Positions 61,576-64,000 of a DNA stretch of 64,000 nucleotides are shown here, piece by piece. Position numbers and translations under genes: made by a program. How positions within the stretch are numbered: position 1 is the stretch's first letter; every line of letters starts with the position of its first letter. The notes under the pieces are model-generated. The model did no database searches. It saw nothing but the letters and a program-made list of their open reading frames with translations, and was not told the origin of the DNA. Origin of the DNA: Deltaproteobacteria bacterium (GTDB taxonomy: Bacteria; Myxococcota; Myxococcia; SLRQ01). Location of the stretch: the NCBI GenBank assembly GCA_029210625.1, contig JARGFU010000001.1:325806-389805 (forward strand), in the 5' to 3' direction.

Positions 61576-62688
61576 TCAGCTGGCGCCCGGTCCGCCCAGC
61601 GGGCCGAGGCCGCCGGCGCGGGCGCGCTGCTCGAGGACGAGGTCGGCGAGCACCAGGCAGGTCATGGCCTCGACGATGGGCACCGCCCGGGGCAGGACGC
61701 AGGCGTCGTGGCGGCCGCGGGCCTCGAGGGTCGCGCCCACCCCCTCGCGGTCGATGGTGCTCTGCGGCTGGCCGATGGTCGCCACCGGCTTGAAGGCCAC
61801 CCGGAAGAGGAGGCTCTCGCCGGTGCTGATCCCGCCGAGGACGCCGCCCGCCCGGTTGGGGAGGCTGCGCACCCTCCCCTCCTCGAAGGCCAGGGGATCG
61901 TTGTGCTCGCTGCCCTTCATCCGGGCCGCGCGGAAGCCCTCGCCGATCTCGAAGCCGCGGCTCGCCGGCAGGCTCAGGGCGGCCGCCGCCAGGCGGGCCG
62001 GGAGCTTGTCGAAGACCGGCTCGCCGAGGCCGGGGGGCAGCCCCCGGGCGACGCAGACCACGACCCCGCCCAGCGAGTCCCGCTCGGCGCGCGCGGCGTC
62101 GATGGCGTCGATCATCTGGGTGCTGGCCAGGGGATCGGGGCAGCGGACCTCGCTGACGTCGACCTCGTGCTGGTTCACGCGCTCGGGATCGACCCCGGTG
62201 GCCTCCACCTCGCCGACGGCCTGCACCCAGGCGACGACCTCCAGGGGCAGCAGGCTGGCGAGCCACTGGCGGGCCACCGCGCCGGCGATCACCCGGGCCG
62301 CGGTCTCCCGGGCGCTGGCCCGGCCGCCGCCGCGGGGGTCGCGGTGCCCGTACTTGGCCTCGTAGGTGTAGTCGGCGTGGCCGGGTCGGTAGAGCCCGGC
62401 GAGGGCCTCGTAGTCCCTGGGCCGCGCGTCCTCGTTGCGGATCAGCGCGGCGATGGGCGTGCCGAGGGTGAGCCCCTCGTGGACCCCGGAGAGGAGCTCG
62501 ACCCGGTCGCCCTCCTGGCGGGGCGAGGCCCCGGCGCCCTGCCCCGGCCGCCGGCGATCCAGCTCGGCCTGCAGGGCGGAGAGGTCGAGGGCCAGCCCGG
62601 CCGGGCAGCCGTCGATCACGCAGCCGAGGGCCGCCCCGTGGGACTCCCCGAAGGTGCTCACCCGGAAGAGGCGCCCGAAGGTGTTCAC
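61576..62688 (-). CDS. aroC: chorismate synthase
   Basis: MNTFGRLFRVSTFGESHG, GGGRASARETAARV and GGISTGE signatures. GTG start. Confidence 0.9.
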   Translation of the reverse strand: MNTFGRLFRVSTFGESHGAALGCVIDGCPAGLALDLSALQAELDRRRPGQGAGASPRQEGDRVELLSGVHEGLTLGTPIAALIRNEDARPRDYEALAGLYRPGHADYTYEAKYGHRDPRGGGRASARETAARVIAGAVARQWLASLLPLEVVAWVQAVGEVEATGVDPERVNQHEVDVSEVRCPDPLASTQMIDAIDAARAERDSLGGVVVCVARGLPPGLGEPVFDKLPARLAAAALSLPASRGFEIGEGFRAARMKGSEHNDPLAFEEGRVRSLPNRAGGVLGGISTGESLLFRVAFKPVATIGQPQSTIDREGVGATLEARGRHDACVLPRAVPIVEAMTCLVLADLVLEQRARAGGLGPLGGPGAS

Positions 62689-62741
62689 GAGAGCGCCGAC
62701 CGGCTTGATTTCGGTCGCAAGACCGCCGATTTCCTTCGCAT
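62685..62741 (-). other. 18-codon leader ORF (MRRKSAVLRPKSSRSALS) translationally coupled to aroC, preceded by a hairpin
   Basis: GAGGAGG RBS 9 nt before the ATG. Its stop overlaps the aroC GTG (GTGA). A GACGGGG-uuggg-CCCCGUC hairpin abuts the RBS. Confidence 0.35.
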
Positions 62742-62845
62742 CGCTGCGTTGTCCTCCTCGACGGGGCCCAACCCCGTCTTCGTCGTCCGCCTTGCGCTAC
62801 TCGTAACTAGGCGGCCTTGCTCGGTCAATCAAACCGGTCGGCGCT

Positions 62846-63508
62846 CTACCGGAGGTTCCCCGCCAGCAGGTAGCGGATCGTGCAGGGCAGCGTGCAGCCG
62901 GTGCCCGCGTCCGCGTCGCGGGCCTGGCAGGCCGGCGCGGTGTCCACGGCGTAGTTCAGGGAGCCGCCGAGGCCGACGATCTCGCTGAGGGGAGGAAGTC
63001 CCAGGACGTCCTCCCCCGCGCCGCCGTCGGGGCTCGCTCCCCCGTCGTCGATCCCGCCGTCGTCCACGCCCCCGTCGTCGACCCCGCCGTCGGCCGGCGT
63101 CCCGCCATCGGTGGGATCGCCGCCGTCCGCCGCGCGCAGCGGCTCGAAGACGAAGCGCTCCTCCACCATGGGCGAGCAGCCGCAGAGCGGCAGGCTGGTG
63201 GCGTTCTGGCCGGAGAAGACCAGCGCCCCGGACTCGACCTGGCCGGTGACGACGGCCTGCTCGACGTAGGAGGGGGGCACCGAGACGATCATGTAGACCC
63301 GGTCGGTCCCCGAGTCGCCGGAGAGGCGCACCCGGAAGTCGAAGTCTCCGTCCTGGACCACGTCACCGATCTCGCAGTCGGCGATCTCCTGGGTCGCCCG
63401 CACGTCGTACTCGCCCAGGGAGACGTCCCCCACCCGCGACTCGGGCTGGGGGCAGGCGGCGAGCGCGAGCACCAGCGCGCCTGAAAGGAAGATCCGCTCA
63501 GCCCGCAT
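62846..63508 (-). CDS. lipoprotein with Gly/Asp-rich (DDGG)n segment
   Basis: ATG at 63508 with a GGAGGGAG RBS. Signal FLSGALVLALAACP. Confidence 0.6.
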   Translation of the reverse strand: MRAERIFLSGALVLALAACPQPESRVGDVSLGEYDVRATQEIADCEIGDVVQDGDFDFRVRLSGDSGTDRVYMIVSVPPSYVEQAVVTGQVESGALVFSGQNATSLPLCGCSPMVEERFVFEPLRAADGGDPTDGGTPADGGVDDGGVDDGGIDDGGASPDGGAGEDVLGLPPLSEIVGLGGSLNYAVDTAPACQARDADAGTGCTLPCTIRYLLAGNLR

Positions 63509-64000
63509 CGCTGCTCCCTCCATCGGCCTCGCCGCCGTCCAGGCCGGTCGGCTGGCAGCGGCCCACCCGGCAGACCTCGGCGGGGGCGCACTCGGCGTCG
63601 CTCTCGCAGTCGGCCTCGGTGCAGACCCCTCCGTGACAGGTGAAGCCGGTCCCCACGCACTCCTCGTCGGCGGCGCAGGCGTCGCCGGGGCCCGTGCGGT
63701 AGCAGAGGCCGTCGGCGGCGCAGGTCTCCCCGGCGCCGCAGTCTCCCTCCGCCACGCAGGCCACCGGCGCATCGAGGGTCACGCCGAGCCCGTGAGCGGC
63801 CCGGCCCTCGGCGCCCTGGGCGTCCTCGACGCTCAGCCAGACGGTGTAGGTGCCGGCCGCGCCGTAGACGTGCTCCACCCGGGGCGAGGCGCTGACCACC
63901 TCGGCGCTGCCGTCCCCGAAGAGGAAGCGGTAGGCGATGATGGTGCCGTCGGGGTCGAAGCTCTCCGAGGCGTCGAAGGAGGCCGCGGCCCCGGCCTGCA
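63498..64000 (-). CDS. PKD-domain protein with Cys-rich C-terminus, 5' partial (continues beyond window)
   Basis: The frame is open to the window edge. FDASESFDPDGTIIAYRFLFGDGS...HVYGAAGTYTVWLSVED is a PKD signature. The C-terminal Cys pattern resembles the Myxococcus-type repeats. Confidence 0.65.
   Translation of the reverse strand, partial: QAGAAASFDASESFDPDGTIIAYRFLFGDGSAEVVSASPRVEHVYGAAGTYTVWLSVEDAQGAEGRAAHGLGVTLDAPVACVAEGDCGAGETCAADGLCYRTGPGDACAADEECVGTGFTCHGGVCTEADCESDAECAPAEVCRVGRCQPTGLDGGEADGGSSDAG

Noticed and set aside
1-64000. Mobile elements or prophage
   Set aside because: No transposase, integrase, phage structural or toxin-antitoxin signatures, no long terminal inverted repeats and no tRNA attachment sites were found.

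Overview
Very GC-rich (~70%) bacterial chromosomal window; Myxococcota is likely but unconfirmed, based on protein-domain content alone (FG-GAP, PEGA, lamin-tail, TSP3 and Myxococcus-type cysteine-rich repeat lipoproteins). I call about 55 protein genes, two of them partial at the window edges. Many long antisense shadow ORFs are discounted as a high-GC artefact. I see no rRNA, tRNA, CRISPR array, transposase or integrase.

Housekeeping content includes hemE-hemY, aroC, a P5C dehydrogenase, a YgeW-like carbamoyltransferase with a YgeY-like M20 hydrolase, a GMC oxidoreductase operon, a Ntn penicillin-acylase-family lipoprotein and a gamma-carbonic anhydrase.

The most interesting candidates are:
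- A selenoprotein: a TlpA-like lipoprotein thiol-disulfide oxidoreductase with an in-frame TGA in a UxxC redox motif (28224-28778).
- A putative RiPP-like locus (55-60 kb): a Cys-rich CGP-repeat precursor candidate, a radical SAM-SPASM maturase fused to RRE and HprK-like kinase domains, a second radical SAM-SPASM enzyme, a stand-alone PqqD-like protein and a large Cys-rich lipoprotein.
- An operon (39.3-46.8 kb) of an aconitase-family hydro-lyase, a B12-binding radical SAM enzyme, two U32-family proteins (one fused to a SAM methyltransferase) and a DAHP synthase-chorismate mutase fusion. This suggests an O2-independent, prephenate-dependent hydroxylation and methylation system.
- An adjacent three-gene nitrogenase-like (NifH/NifD/NifK-like) reductase operon of unknown function, with a 24-bp inverted-repeat pair in its promoter region.
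- Two dispersed intergenic repeat families, (AGCTCRY)n and (ACGTGN)n.
- A G8 homopolymer frameshift in a U32 gene, and a translationally coupled leader ORF ahead of aroC.
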